Assembly: GCA_963693365.1 (NCBI GenBank) | Contig: CAVNZM010000012.1 | Location: 5,220,889 to 5,284,888 of the forward strand | Source: Amoebidium appalachense | Lineage: Eukaryota; Protista; Ichthyosporea | Length of the DNA stretch: 64,000 bases | Direction: 5' to 3' | Position numbers and translations under genes: made by a program | Shown here: positions 1 through 10,900 of the stretch, piece after piece | Numbering within the stretch: position 1 is the stretch's first letter | Layout of the letters: every line of letters starts with the position of its first letter | The notes under the pieces: generated by a model | Told to the model about the DNA's origin: nothing | What the model saw: only the letters and a program-made list of their open reading frames with translations | Database searches by the model: none

Positions 1-501
1 AAGTACGCGAACCTCATCACCAAGTACGATGAGGCACTGCACCAGGCCCTCGCCGTGACCAAGAACCTGTTCCAGGAGCCGTATCCGCAGCGTGCCCTCG
101 CGCTTCCCCCCTACATCATGCCGGACGACAGCTGCGCGGACACCGAGTACGGCCGCACGCTGGTCAAGCACACCATGGACGACATGGCCAAGATCCTGGC
201 GCCGTGGCTCAGGGAGATGGACGTGCCCGACATCCAGCTGCACATTGGCAGGCTGGTGGACATCGACGAGGACATGTGCAGGCGCCTGCGGATCCACCGC
301 AAGACATCCGTGACGTACCTGACGGCCATCTACGGGGCGTGCAAGATCCGCTGGTCGCTGCGCAACGCCACGCACCTGACCTGGCGCCAGTTCTATATGG
401 TAGTGGCGAGGTTCAACGAGCTGGCCTCCGGTGCTGGCACCGAGGTGCTCGAGTCCCGTGCCCGGGACCTGTGCGTGCGGTTTGGGTTTGATAGGGTGTG
501 A
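1..501 (+). CDS. 3' part of an intronless hypothetical protein (open from the window start), possibly viral
   Basis: Frame 1 is open from base 1 to TGA at 499-501 with very strong GC3 codon bias (KYANLITKYDEALHQALAVTKNLFQ...RFGFDRV). No domain recognised. Confidence 0.7.
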   Translation, partial: KYANLITKYDEALHQALAVTKNLFQEPYPQRALALPPYIMPDDSCADTEYGRTLVKHTMDDMAKILAPWLREMDVPDIQLHIGRLVDIDEDMCRRLRIHRKTSVTYLTAIYGACKIRWSLRNATHLTWRQFYMVVARFNELASGAGTEVLESRARDLCVRFGFDRV

Positions 502-998
502 AAGGGGGGGGGGGGGGGGGGGGGGGGGGGTTGATAGTGTTTACTGGAATATGTGTGCTGTTTTATTCTCTCGAAGGAGAGTTGGCGAATGCCAACTTTC
601 CTCCCATTCGCCGACTGGCCTATTTATGAATTTTCAAATAAACGACTATGCCTAACAAGAGAGGCCATTGTTCAAAACGACCGGTGGGTTGGGTGGGTCA
701 CGTGACGAGAAGTTGCATTTGCAACTATTCAAGGGAGATCAAGTAGCATAACCTGGCAATATACCAAGGAAAGCTGCCCCTGGGCAGGATTCCTCCCATT
801 GGTCGACCGAGTATAATGACATCGACAGGTCATGGGAGATCCAATCAGGAAGCGTCGAGCCCAAATGGGCTCCAGGGTCCCCAGGGTCACGTGACATTGA
901 CCCGTGAAGACATGCCCGCAAACAAAAAGGTCCTATTTATGAAGTTCAAATAAACAACAAAGCGGTTTGTGGAGGGACGGACGGAGCGACGTGACCAA

Positions 999-1384
999 TT
1001 AGTACATGCCGCGGGGCATGTCTTGTGCCGTGCCGGCATTCGTCTTTGGCATGCCTAATAAGCGGAACAGCAGATACCCCACGATGGCAAGCACCAAAAT
1101 GACGGCGACGACCTTGAGCATGCCACCGAACGCACCAAACATGCCGGCAAGACCCTCGCTCGACTGTTCGGTAATCTTCTCCAGCTTTGCAGCCGACTCC
1201 TGGACCGCCTTGTCGTTCATGATGTTCTCCGACACGAGCTCGGCCAGCGCTTCGATGGTCTGTACCTGATTGATTTTCTTGATTTTCAGGTTTCTGTCGT
1301 CTTTGATCTCCATCTCCTGCTTCGCGTTCATCACGAGGGTGAGCGAGCTGTCAAACGCGCGTGTTGCATTGAAGGTGAAGTCGT
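999..1384 (-). pseudogene. C-terminal fragment of an NCLDV L1R/myristoylated-membrane-protein-like gene, 5' part lost
   Basis: GC3-biased frame ...LKIKKINQVQTIEALAELVSENIMNDKAVQESAAKLEKITEQSSEGLAGMFGAFGGMLKVVAVILVLAIVGYLLFRLLG...: INQ motif, helical segment, small-residue/Gly linker and C-terminal TM helix, as in large-DNA-virus lipid membrane proteins. Coding character stops abruptly at about 1384, where a repeated non-coding block begins. Confidence 0.55.
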
Positions 1385-1507
1385 GAACCCAAAACGAACA
1401 TCGCGCGAACCCCTGCCAATATCCGGTCAACCCGAACTCGTGTTTGGCGCAAATCTAGTGAACCCAAAACGAACATCGCGCGAACCCCTGCCAATATCCG
1501 GTCAACC
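1383..1507. repeat. 50-bp direct repeat x2 at the breakpoint of the membrane-protein gene
   Basis: GTGAACCCAAAACGAACATCGCGCGAACCCCTGCCAATATCCGGTCAACC occurs at 1383 and 1458. Confidence 0.9.
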
Positions 1508-1616
1508 AACACGAACCCTCAGTCAATATCGTTCGATCCACGGAGCATCCATTTCAATATTGGTCGAATCACGGAGACCACCTTTGAATAATGCTTGAAT
1601 CGTATTCACCCGCTAT

Positions 1617-1732
1617 TCAATCTGATTGGTCGAAACATTAAATCTGATTGTACGAAACCGGTTCAATCTGATTGGTCGAAACATTAAATCTGATTGCACG
1701 AAACCGGTTCAATCTGATTGGTCGAAACCGTT
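1617..1732. repeat. 46-bp tandem repeat (about 2.5 copies) containing CCAAT boxes
   Basis: The unit TCAATCTGATTGGTCGAAACATTAAATCTGATTG(T/C)ACGAAACCGGT is repeated. Confidence 0.85.
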
Positions 1733-1915
1733 TATTGACAGGAGTCCCAATTGTTGGGGATGACCGGCTGGCTACCACCCCAGCACGTGCTTCTCCAGGA
1801 AGCGCACGAGGTACACCTTGACCGGGTGCAGGCAAAGACGTAAAAGATGAAAAATAAATAGAGAAGCCACGGGCAAGAGGGTGGGAAGCCCCCCTCCCCA
1901 AAAAACAAAACAAAG

Positions 1916-2044
1916 AGCGCACGGTCATAGCGCTCATGACACATCTCTCCAAGAACACCTGTGCAAGCGCACGGTGATTGCGCTCATGACCCTACACTCA
2001 CACAACACAGGTGCAAGCATACGCATTGCCCCAACCCCCCCGCC

Positions 2045-2102
<58 letters not shown>

Positions 2103-2372
2103 AAAGCGCCCGGTGATAGCGCTCATGACACATCTCTCCAAGAACACATGTGCAAGCGCACGGTGATTGCGCTCATTAACCTACTCTCAAACAACACAGG
2201 TGCAAGCACACGGTGATAGCGCTCAAGCGCACTGTAATAGCGCTCATGACCCTACTCTCAAACAATACATGTGCAAGCGCACCGTGATAGCGCTCATGCC
2301 CCTACTCTCAAACAACACATGTGCAAGCCCACGGTGATAGCGCTCATGACCCTACTCTCAAACAACACATGT
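1916..2372 (+). repeat. Degenerate array of the 50-bp repeat (about 7 copies), inverted relative to the 5348-5914 array
   Basis: Unit GCAAGCGCACGGTGATAGCGCTCATGACCCTACTCTCAAACAACACAGGT, interrupted by a poly-C/(CA)n tract at about 2030-2103. Confidence 0.9.
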
Positions 2373-3022
2373 GCACACACAAAGGCATTCGGGAACACAC
2401 ATGCACACTTTGCATCCCCCCTCCCCCCCCCCCCCCCCCCACAATCCCCCTCCCCCACACACACACAAAGGCATTCGGGAACACACATGCACACTTTGCA
2501 TCCCCCCTCCCCCCCCCCCTCCCCCCCCCACAATCCCCCTCCCCCACACACACACAAAGGCATTCGGGAACACACATGCACACTTTGCATCCCCCCCCCT
2601 CCCCCCCCCCCCCCCCACAATCCCCCTCCCCCCACACACACACAAAGGCATTCGGGAACACACATGCACACTTTGCATCCCCCCTCCCCCCCCCCCCCCC
2701 CCCCAATCCCCCTCCCCCCACACACACACAAAGGCATTCGGGAACACACATGCACACTTTGCATCCCCCCCTCCCCCCCCCCCCCCCCCAATCCCCCTCC
2801 CCCCCCCCACACACAAAGGCATTCGGGCACACACATGCACACTTTGCATCCCCCCTCCCCCCCCCCCCCCCCAATCCCCCTCCCCCCACACACACACAAA
2901 GGCATTCGGGAACACACATGCACACTTTGCATCCCCCCTCCCCCCCCCCCCCCCACAATCCCCCTCCCCCCCCCACACACAAAGGCATTCGGGCACACAC
3001 ATGCACACTTTGCATCCCCCTC
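2373..3022. repeat. About 85-bp minisatellite with internal poly-C, 8 copies
   Basis: Unit CACACAAAGGCATTCGGGAACACACATGCACACTTTGCATCC(C)nAATCCCCCTCCCC. Confidence 0.92.
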
Positions 3023-3133
3023 CACCCCCTTCGTGAGAATGCACTGAGTGTCACATATTTATAATAAGTTGAATTTTATTGATTGTGAAAAAGCACGAAG
3101 TCGCCTACCCTGCTAGTAATATGGTGATACCGA

Positions 3134-4993
3134 TCAGTCAGGCCATTGATCGTAAAAGAGCACGAAGTCGCCTGGCCTGCTGGTAATATGGTGATACCGA
3201 TCACAGTCAGGCCAAAGTTCATCCCATGTGTTGGTTGCTGCTTCATAATACAACCAGTGGTCGTATGGTTCACCAACTACTTGCACATGGTGATTCCTGA
3301 TGGCATCCTCGAGGGCTATCTGACACGGCAGTTGCGGGTACCAATCCGCACCATCCAAAACCTCGGCGATAGGAACAGCACTCCACAGGGCATCCGCGCT
3401 GGGAGACGTGTCAGGCTGGCCCGTGGTCTTGTTAATACCGATATAGCTGCCGCGCTGTTGTTCCAAATGGTCGGAGGGGGTTTGTACCCAAAATAACTCG
3501 ATGTCTGCCTGCCAGGGGCAGACGCCGTCGGCATCGTTGAGCATGATTTGGTCAAATCCACTCGGGGGGTAGATGACGGCCGCTTGCCGGGTTTCGGTGT
3601 CGTAAGCATACAACCCGTCAACAACGAATGGCAAATCTCTACCTTGCCCCTCCGCTTTGGCTGTTTTGAACTCTTCGCGCTCAACATCTTTCCTGATTGT
3701 GTCAATTAAGTCTCCCCAATCGAAGGGAAGCACAATGACGTGTCGTTTGTTCATGACGTCCACAAGCATCTGCCACGACACGCCCACTTGCAGACGCCGC
3801 ATGTATGTGGAAATTTCGACGGTTTCGATGTCGGTATCGATCTGGCCCAGGGGAACAAACTCGCCTTCTTCCTGCCCTTCCTGAATCTCGTAAGCAAACC
3901 ACCCCGTGCACCGCCCGAATATGTTTTTGCGCTCGGCAGGCCCACCCTCGCTGTAATCCGCCTGGACCCTGCTAACTAAATTCGAAAGCTTTTTGTCCCA
4001 TTCCAGCTTGTGTCTAATGATGTTTGCGTAGTCGTACAGGTGGGCTTGGGTACGGGGTGCAGTTGTAACTGGCGGGTTTGAGGCAGCTTGTGCCAAAATA
4101 TTGGCCTTTTGGGTGGCCATATCTAGTATTATATTCGCATGGACATCGTCGTAGCCGTCGTTGTCGTGGTCCCTCCGGTGGGCATAATGGTCCATCAATC
4201 GCAGCAGCAAACACGTGTTAAACGACTCTAACGTATACGCAGAGCTGTCTAACTTGACAACTCCTGCAGACCCTCGCAACCACGCAGTGCACGGCGGGTA
4301 ATGCCGCAGTTTGCCGTCCCCCGTGTACCCCTCACTGGGGTGTGTCTCTACGATCCTTCTAATAGCATCCTCAGGAAGTAAACCCCACCAGTTCCAGAAC
4401 CTACTATCCTGAAAATCACTGTTATTCTCTATCGCGTATTGGACATCCGCCAAAGTGGAGGTTGCAAAAAACATATCGGCAAAGCTCTCGCTCGTTTTTT
4501 GGTCCAGTTCGGACATTTTTGCCGCAATCTCTGCTGCTGTGGCCTGCATCACCGTCCTAGTTGCAAGGCAACAGCGCCCTTCAGGGTTGTACACGGCCAG
4601 CTTGTCATAGCTTCGGAGGTACACCGCTGTGCATGCACGGAAACCTGCTTTCAACTCTTCCTGCAGTTGCAATAGACTCAACGAGGTGTCTACCTCAAAC
4701 ACAACAAAAGGGTGCAACGTTTCCACTAGAGTGACATCTTCGGGGGTTGAAACCGTGGCAAGGCCGTTGGTGTTTGCAAGAGAAAACACTACAACATCTT
4801 CCCCTACAGGGCCTAACAACAGCGGTGTCTTCGATGGAACGATCCGAACACGCACTGGCATTGAGGGTGCAAGTCCCATTGCTGACAGCGAAATAATAAT
4901 TCTGCCTATACCCTGCATGCCAAATCCTGTTGTGTTTTCGTGCAGCTGAGGTCGGTGTATTTGAAACGATTTGGATATAATAACATCAGTCAT
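3134..4993 (-). CDS. 619-aa intronless hypothetical protein (ORFan)
   Basis: Long, complex-sequence ORF from ATG to TGA with globular-protein composition. No recognisable domain. Confidence 0.8.
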   Translation of the reverse strand: MTDVIISKSFQIHRPQLHENTTGFGMQGIGRIIISLSAMGLAPSMPVRVRIVPSKTPLLLGPVGEDVVVFSLANTNGLATVSTPEDVTLVETLHPFVVFEVDTSLSLLQLQEELKAGFRACTAVYLRSYDKLAVYNPEGRCCLATRTVMQATAAEIAAKMSELDQKTSESFADMFFATSTLADVQYAIENNSDFQDSRFWNWWGLLPEDAIRRIVETHPSEGYTGDGKLRHYPPCTAWLRGSAGVVKLDSSAYTLESFNTCLLLRLMDHYAHRRDHDNDGYDDVHANIILDMATQKANILAQAASNPPVTTAPRTQAHLYDYANIIRHKLEWDKKLSNLVSRVQADYSEGGPAERKNIFGRCTGWFAYEIQEGQEEGEFVPLGQIDTDIETVEISTYMRRLQVGVSWQMLVDVMNKRHVIVLPFDWGDLIDTIRKDVEREEFKTAKAEGQGRDLPFVVDGLYAYDTETRQAAVIYPPSGFDQIMLNDADGVCPWQADIELFWVQTPSDHLEQQRGSYIGINKTTGQPDTSPSADALWSAVPIAEVLDGADWYPQLPCQIALEDAIRNHHVQVVGEPYDHWLYYEAATNTWDELWPDCDRYHHITSRPGDFVLFYDQWPD

Positions 4994-4994
4994 C

Positions 4995-5100
4995 GCGCTG
5001 ATTGGCTAAACGCGGATGACACATCTTTTAACGGATGATTGGTTGGATAAATCTAGTTACCATCGGCTAGCCGCGCTGATTGGCCAAATCCAATTGGTGT
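4995..5100 (-). promoter_or_regulatory. CCAAT-box cluster upstream of the 619-aa ORF
   Basis: Four ATTGG motifs (CCAAT on the minus strand) within 100 bp, two of them in the identical context CGCGCTGATTGGC. Confidence 0.4.
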
Positions 5101-5347
5101 TGCTTCGGCATAACCCGTGCGCAAGCCCGAAAATTCGGATTTGTTTCTTGGTATTTTTTGAAGTCCGGAATATTTTTGCCTGGGGTGTATGGTATTTTTC
5201 ATCCCCAGTTAAAGGGGGTGAAAGGGGGTTCCTATTTTAGCTTACCACGAAATTTGCAGGGGTTTACCATAAACTGAAAATATGATGGTATTTTTGAAAC
5301 GTTTAGGGTATTTTTTACCGTAAAAACGGGGTTATGGTCGGGCCTGC

Positions 5348-5914
5348 CCGTGCGCTTGCACCTGTGTTGCTTGAGAGTAGGGTCATGAGCGCTATCACCG
5401 TGCGCTTGCACCTGTGTTGCTTGAGAGTAGGGTCATGAGCGCTATCACCGTGCGCTTGCACCTGTGTTGTTGGCGAGTAGGGTCATGAGCGCTATCACCG
5501 TGCGCTTGCACCTGTGTTGCTTGAGAGTAGGGTCATGAGCGCTATCACCGTGCGCTTGCACCTGTGTTGCTTGAGAGTAGGGTCATGAGCGCTATCACCG
5601 TGCGCTTGCACCTGTGTTGTTGGCGAGTAGGGTCATGAGCGCTTCACCGTGCGCTTGCACCTGTGTTGCTTGAGAGTAGGGTCATGAGCGCTATCACCGT
5701 GCGCTTGCACCTGTGTTGTTGGCGAGTAGGGTCATGAGCGCTATCACCGTGCGCTTGCACCTGTGTTGTTGGCGAGTAGGGCCATGAGCGCTATCACCGT
5801 GCGCTTGCACCTGTGTTGTTGGCGAGTAGGGTCATGAGCGCTATCACCGTGCGCTTGCACCTGTGTTGTTGGCGAGTAGGGTCATGATCGCTATCACCAT
5901 ACCCTTGCTCATGA
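5348..5914 (-). repeat. Homogeneous 50-bp tandem array, 11 copies, with an imperfect palindromic core
   Basis: CCGTGCGCTTGCACCTGTGTTG(CTTGA/TTGGC)GAGTAGGGTCATGAGCGCTATCA with period 50 (TGCGCTTGCA at 5351, 5401, 5451...). Two interspersed variants. Confidence 0.95.
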
Positions 5915-5995
5915 GCGCCCCCCCCCCCCCCCCCAAACCCTCCTCCCATCTACCCGCACAACCCCAACCCCACATTATATCGTGCACCGGGTAAC

Positions 5996-6388
5996 ATGGA
6001 CGCTGGCGCACCCCTTCCCCCACCCAGCCCATTCGCACCCCCTCCCCCGATCCGCACAAGCCCGCGCAGCACCCCCGGGCCCTCCCCCATCCTACTGGCC
6101 ATCCTGGCCGGCCTGATCCTCTACGTGCTCTGGGACACGTTCAGCCCACGTGTGCGGCGGCGCCTGGCAGTGCTCAAGTGCCAGCGCGCGTGCCCAATGT
6201 GTGCCAGCTGCGGCAGCTGCGTTCCCCGCCGCAAGTGTGCGCACTGCCCCCGCTGCCACGTGTGCGGTGCCAGCCCCACCCGGTGCGCACAGTGCCCCGC
6301 ATGCACGCGCTGCCCGCCCGAGCAGAAGTGCCCGGCGTGCCCCACGTGTGCGCATGCGCCTGCGGTGGTGATCAAGGAGCGCACTTGA
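5996..6388 (+). CDS. Small membrane protein: Pro-rich N-terminus, one TM helix, CxxC/CPxC-repeat domain
   Basis: TM segment ILLAILAGLILYVLW followed by CQRACPMCASCGSC...CAHCPRCHVC...CAQCPACTRC...CPACPTC. GC3-biased and intronless. Confidence 0.75.
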   Translation: MDAGAPLPPPSPFAPPPPIRTSPRSTPGPSPILLAILAGLILYVLWDTFSPRVRRRLAVLKCQRACPMCASCGSCVPRRKCAHCPRCHVCGASPTRCAQCPACTRCPPEQKCPACPTCAHAPAVVIKERT

Positions 6389-6424
6389 AGGGTTGGGTGA
6401 GCAGAGATTTTTGTGGCATAGAGT

Positions 6425-6685
6425 ATGGCGTACCGATGGGAGTACAAGCTGAAGGAGGAGCCCGGCAAGGCACCCGTGGTGCAGGCAACTATTGTGCCGA
6501 CCGAGGCCACCACCCGGCGGACGCAGATGGAGCAACGAGTATATGCACAAGAGCTTGCGGAAAAGGGCTATATAGATCTGCCCGATGAGTTGGCGGAGAA
6601 GTGTGGATTCAAGAAGTGGGTGCCCAAGAATCAACGACAGACAGCAATTGTACTGCAGAAGATGATGGAGCCTGAGGATGCATAG
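6425..6685 (+). CDS. 86-aa hypothetical protein
   Basis: ATG-TAG ORF with coding-like codon usage, 36 bp downstream of the previous gene (virus-like packing). Confidence 0.6.
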   Translation: MAYRWEYKLKEEPGKAPVVQATIVPTEATTRRTQMEQRVYAQELAEKGYIDLPDELAEKCGFKKWVPKNQRQTAIVLQKMMEPEDA

Positions 6686-6879
6686 AGACCTACACACAAA
6701 GGATGAATGGACTTACACCACAAACATGGAAAATGTAAATGACGAGAGAATCTCCACAAACATGGAAAATGTAAATGACGAGAGAATCTGTTGGGATGTT
6801 TAATTTTGATGAGCTGGAGTCTATCTCCCCCCCCCCCCTCCCCTTCACCGTTCAATGAAAACTTGGTAGCATGTGTATC

Positions 6880-6940
<61 letters not shown>

Positions 6941-7217
6941 GTGTGTGTGTGTGTGTGCGTATGTGTGTGTGTGTGTGTGTGTGTGTGACAATGTACGTGC
7001 CAGTGTGCTTGTACACAGATTGAAAAGGAGACTTGGGGTATATTAAATGGAGTCTCTCCCGCTACCACGGGCAAATACATTCAATAATCATTACGGAAAC
7101 TTGGTACTGTTACCGGGCAAATACAATATACATGAAAATTTGGATAAGATTGAAGCAGATCACATTCGAATAAACATTACAGAAAACTTGGTATGAAAAC
7201 TTTGTACCACGTCTTTC

Positions 7218-7460
7218 CTCCACCACACCCACCACAAACCCTAAGTAAGATGTGAATGTGGGGCCTACCCGCCGCCACCACTACAACTACGTTTCCCCCA
7301 CCGCACCCACCACAAACCCTAAGTAAGATGTGAATGTGGGGCCTACCCGCCGCCACCACTACAACTACGTTTCCCCCACCGCACCCACCACAAACCCTAA
7401 GTAATACCCGCCGCCACCACTACAACTACGTTTCCCCCACCGCACCCACCACAAACCCTA
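7218..7460. repeat. About 78-bp tandem repeat (about 3 copies) starting at the KDM4-like stop codon
   Basis: Unit CCACCACAAACCCTAAGTAAGATGTGAATGTGGGGCCTACCCGCCGCCACCACTACAACTACGTTTCCCCCACCGCAC. The third copy is internally deleted. Confidence 0.9.
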
Positions 7461-7784
7461 GGCCACATTCATTTTGGCTTCCTCCTCGAACTCCTTGATG
7501 TCAGCCTTGTACTTCTCTCTCAGCTTTTTCCACTGTGCAGGGGACACCTGTGGGTTGATAGTTGGGTGTAAGTGGTAGTCCAGCCAGGTGATTTGTTTAT
7601 GCAAGGCTCAGACATCACTGTATGCCATTACCTCAAACACACCCACGCACCCACCACTACACCACCATGGCACACACCCACAGAAAACGAACTCCTACGT
7701 GTGGACCAGGTCAAGAAAAACTCTGCAAGGACCCAAAAAACCGTTTTTACGAACCCCTACATGTAATTGTGAATGCTAGGGCAT

Positions 7785-7852
<68 letters not shown>

Positions 7853-7878
7853 GTGTTTGTTTGTTTGTTTTTTTTTTT

Positions 7879-7909
<31 letters not shown>

Positions 7910-10900
7910 GGAGGGGGGGGGAGGGGGGTTACCTTGAAAACGTGTTTCCTGTCAGTGTAGCCACACGTGCATGCCGGGGGGGGCTTCTTGCCAGCGACCA
8001 CAAGCCAGTTGACCGTGGCAAAATTTACCGCCTCGGCCAAGCTGCTACCAGTAGCATACCCAAAGTGGTATGCCCCAGGCAATGTGTAGATGACCTCGCC
8101 GGCCTGCTGAACCGTGTGCTGCACAGGAACACCCTTCTTCATCAAGTAACGGGGGTGGATGAACACAGACTGTCCCACCCACATGTTAGTCATATGAAAA
8201 ACTGGGTGGTCGTTTTTGTAAGTGCTTTTTTGTTTTTTGTTCTTCACGTCATTCACGTCAGTGTCTACCACTCCCTCTCTCTCTCTCTTCTTGTAGTCCT
8301 CTGTTGTGTGTGTGGTCGTTTTTTTTTTTTTTTTTTTTTTTGGGGGGGGGGGGGTGGTGAGGGATTACCTTATGCTGTGTGACTTTCTTGCAGATACCGG
8401 CCCCCGAAAGGCCAAGCCTCTTGTAGATATCCTCGAGGATAGACGTGACCTGTCCATTGTACTCTGCACTGATTATATACCAGCTTTTGTCTCCGGGCCC
8501 ACGGGTCATGATGTTGACACTTCCGAGCAGACCGTCTTCTGTGTGGGGCACAAACGGAGACCCCGTCGTGACACTGCAAGGAGGCATGTGATTGGGGTTA
8601 AAACAATAATTAGTTCCGACTTCGATGTGATCCAATACATTCCGAGAAGACCTGACCCATACACATACACCCAGGATGGTTCTGTGAACAAAAGGGGCAT
8701 TCTGCAAACCTGCCTTTTTTCCCTTTGTTGTTTGTTGTTGTGTTTTTTTTTTTTTGGGGGGGGGGGAAGGGGTGGGGGGGCATACTTATAGAGCATCGGT
8801 GTTGAGATGCCCTCACAGTTCTGGAACTCTCTCGATACAATCGAGCCCAGCGTCTCCAAGCTGAACATGTAGTCGATTTCTTCCCTCACTACCTGTACAC
8901 ACACCACATTGCATCAACACAACATACACTCTCCGCACAAACACACGCACACACCCATGCCTACACAACATGCACTCTCTGCTGCACAAACACACGCACA
9001 CACCCATGCCTACACAACATGCACCCTCTGCTGCACACACACGAATACACCCATGCCTATACAACATGCACCCTCTGCTGCACACACACGAATACACCCA
9101 TGCCTACACAACATGCACCCTCTGCTGCACACACACGAATACACCCATGCCTACACAACATGCACCCTCTGCTGCACACACACGAATACACCAATGCCTA
9201 TACAACATGCACCCTCTGCTGCACACACACGAATACACCCATGCCTACACAACATGCACCCTCTGCTGCACACACACGAATACACCCATGCCTACAGAAT
9301 ACACCCATGCCTTCACAACATGCACCCTCTGCTGCACACACACGAATACACCCATGCCTACAGAATACACCCATGCCTTCACAACATGCACCCTCTGCTG
9401 CACACACACGAATACACCCATGCCTACAGAATACACCCATGCCTTCACAACATGCACCCTCTGCTGCACACACACGAATACACCCATGCCTACACAACAT
9501 GCACCCTCTGCTGCACACACACGAATACACCCATGCCTACAGAATACACCCATGCCTTCACAACATGCACCCTCTGCTGCACACACACGAATACACCCAT
9601 GCCTACAGAATACACCCATGCCTTCACAACATGCACCCTCTGCTGCACACACACGAATACACCCATGCCTACACAACATGCACCCTCTGCTGCACACACA
9701 CGAATACACCCATGCCTACAGAATACACCCATGCCTTCACAACATGCACCCTCTGCTGCACACACACGAATACACCCATGCCTACACAACATGCACCCTC
9801 TGCTGCACACACACGAATACACCCATGCCTTCACAACATGCACCCTCTGCTGCACACACACGAATACACCCATGCCTACACTGTAACATGCACCCTCTGC
9901 TGCACACACACGAATACACCTATGCCTACACAACATGCACCCTCTGCTGCACACACACGAATACACCCATGCCTTCACAACATGCACCCTCTGCTGCACA
10001 CACACGAATACACCCATGCCTACACAACATGCACCCTCTGCTGCACACACACGAATACACCCATGCCTACACAACATGCACCCTCTGCTGCACACACACG
10101 AATACACCCATGCCTTCACAACATGCACCCTCTGCTGCACACACACGAATACACCCATGCCTACACAACATGCACCCTCTGCTGCACACACACGAATACA
10201 CCCATGCCTACACAACATGCACCCTCTGCTGCACACACACGAATACACCCATGCCTTCACAACATGCACCCTCTGCTGCACACACACGAATACACCCATG
10301 CCTTCACAACATGCACCCTCTGCTGCACACACACGAATACACCCATGCCTACACAACATGCACCCTCTGCTGCACACACACGAATACACCCATGCCTACA
10401 CAACATGCACCCTCAGCTGCACACACACGAATACACCCATGCCTACACAACATGCACCCTCTGCTGCACACACACGAATACACCCATGCCTTCACAACAT
10501 GCACCCTCTGCTGCACACACACGAATACACCCATGCCTTCACAACATGCACCCTCTGCTGCACACACACGAATACACCCATGCCTACACAACATGCACCC
10601 TCAGCTGCACACACACGAATACACCCATGCCTACACAACATGCACCCTCTGCACAAACACACGCACATACACACACATGACACACACGTACCTCACTGGG
10701 TGTATGGGTGTTTTTAAGAGGTGTCAGATCCGTTCCGTAAAAGAACATTTTACTGTAAGTTTCCGGTAAGCAGTCCAATTGCCCCCAGAACTCCTCCTCA
10801 TCCAACGGGTCCCCCTGCTCAATCGTGTTAGCTCCTGTTCACGGTAACCATACCCTAATGGTTGCAAATACGCACCTCTGGAATTTGCTCTTTGATGTCG

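Noticed and set aside
2271-3064. Pro-rich or Gly-rich ORFs in all six frames (also at 16.7-17.9 kb and throughout 27-64 kb)
   Set aside because: They derive from poly-C/G tracts, microsatellites and minisatellites.
5105-5346. hAT-like transposon end (...CGGGTTATGGTCGGGCCTG)
   Set aside because: There is only a partial inverted match (CATAACCCG near 5109) and no TSD; insufficient support.
5348-5914. CRISPR-like regular array
   Set aside because: The units are contiguous with no unique spacers, there are no cas genes, and the context is eukaryotic.
7233-7460. AAACCCTAA telomere-like motif
   Set aside because: It occurs once per 78-bp unit, not as a tandem telomeric array.
8909-10769. Long His/Thr/Cys-rich ORFs (up to 599 aa)
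   Set aside because: These are translations of the stop-poor 47-bp minisatellite, open in several frames and lying inside a JmjC intron.
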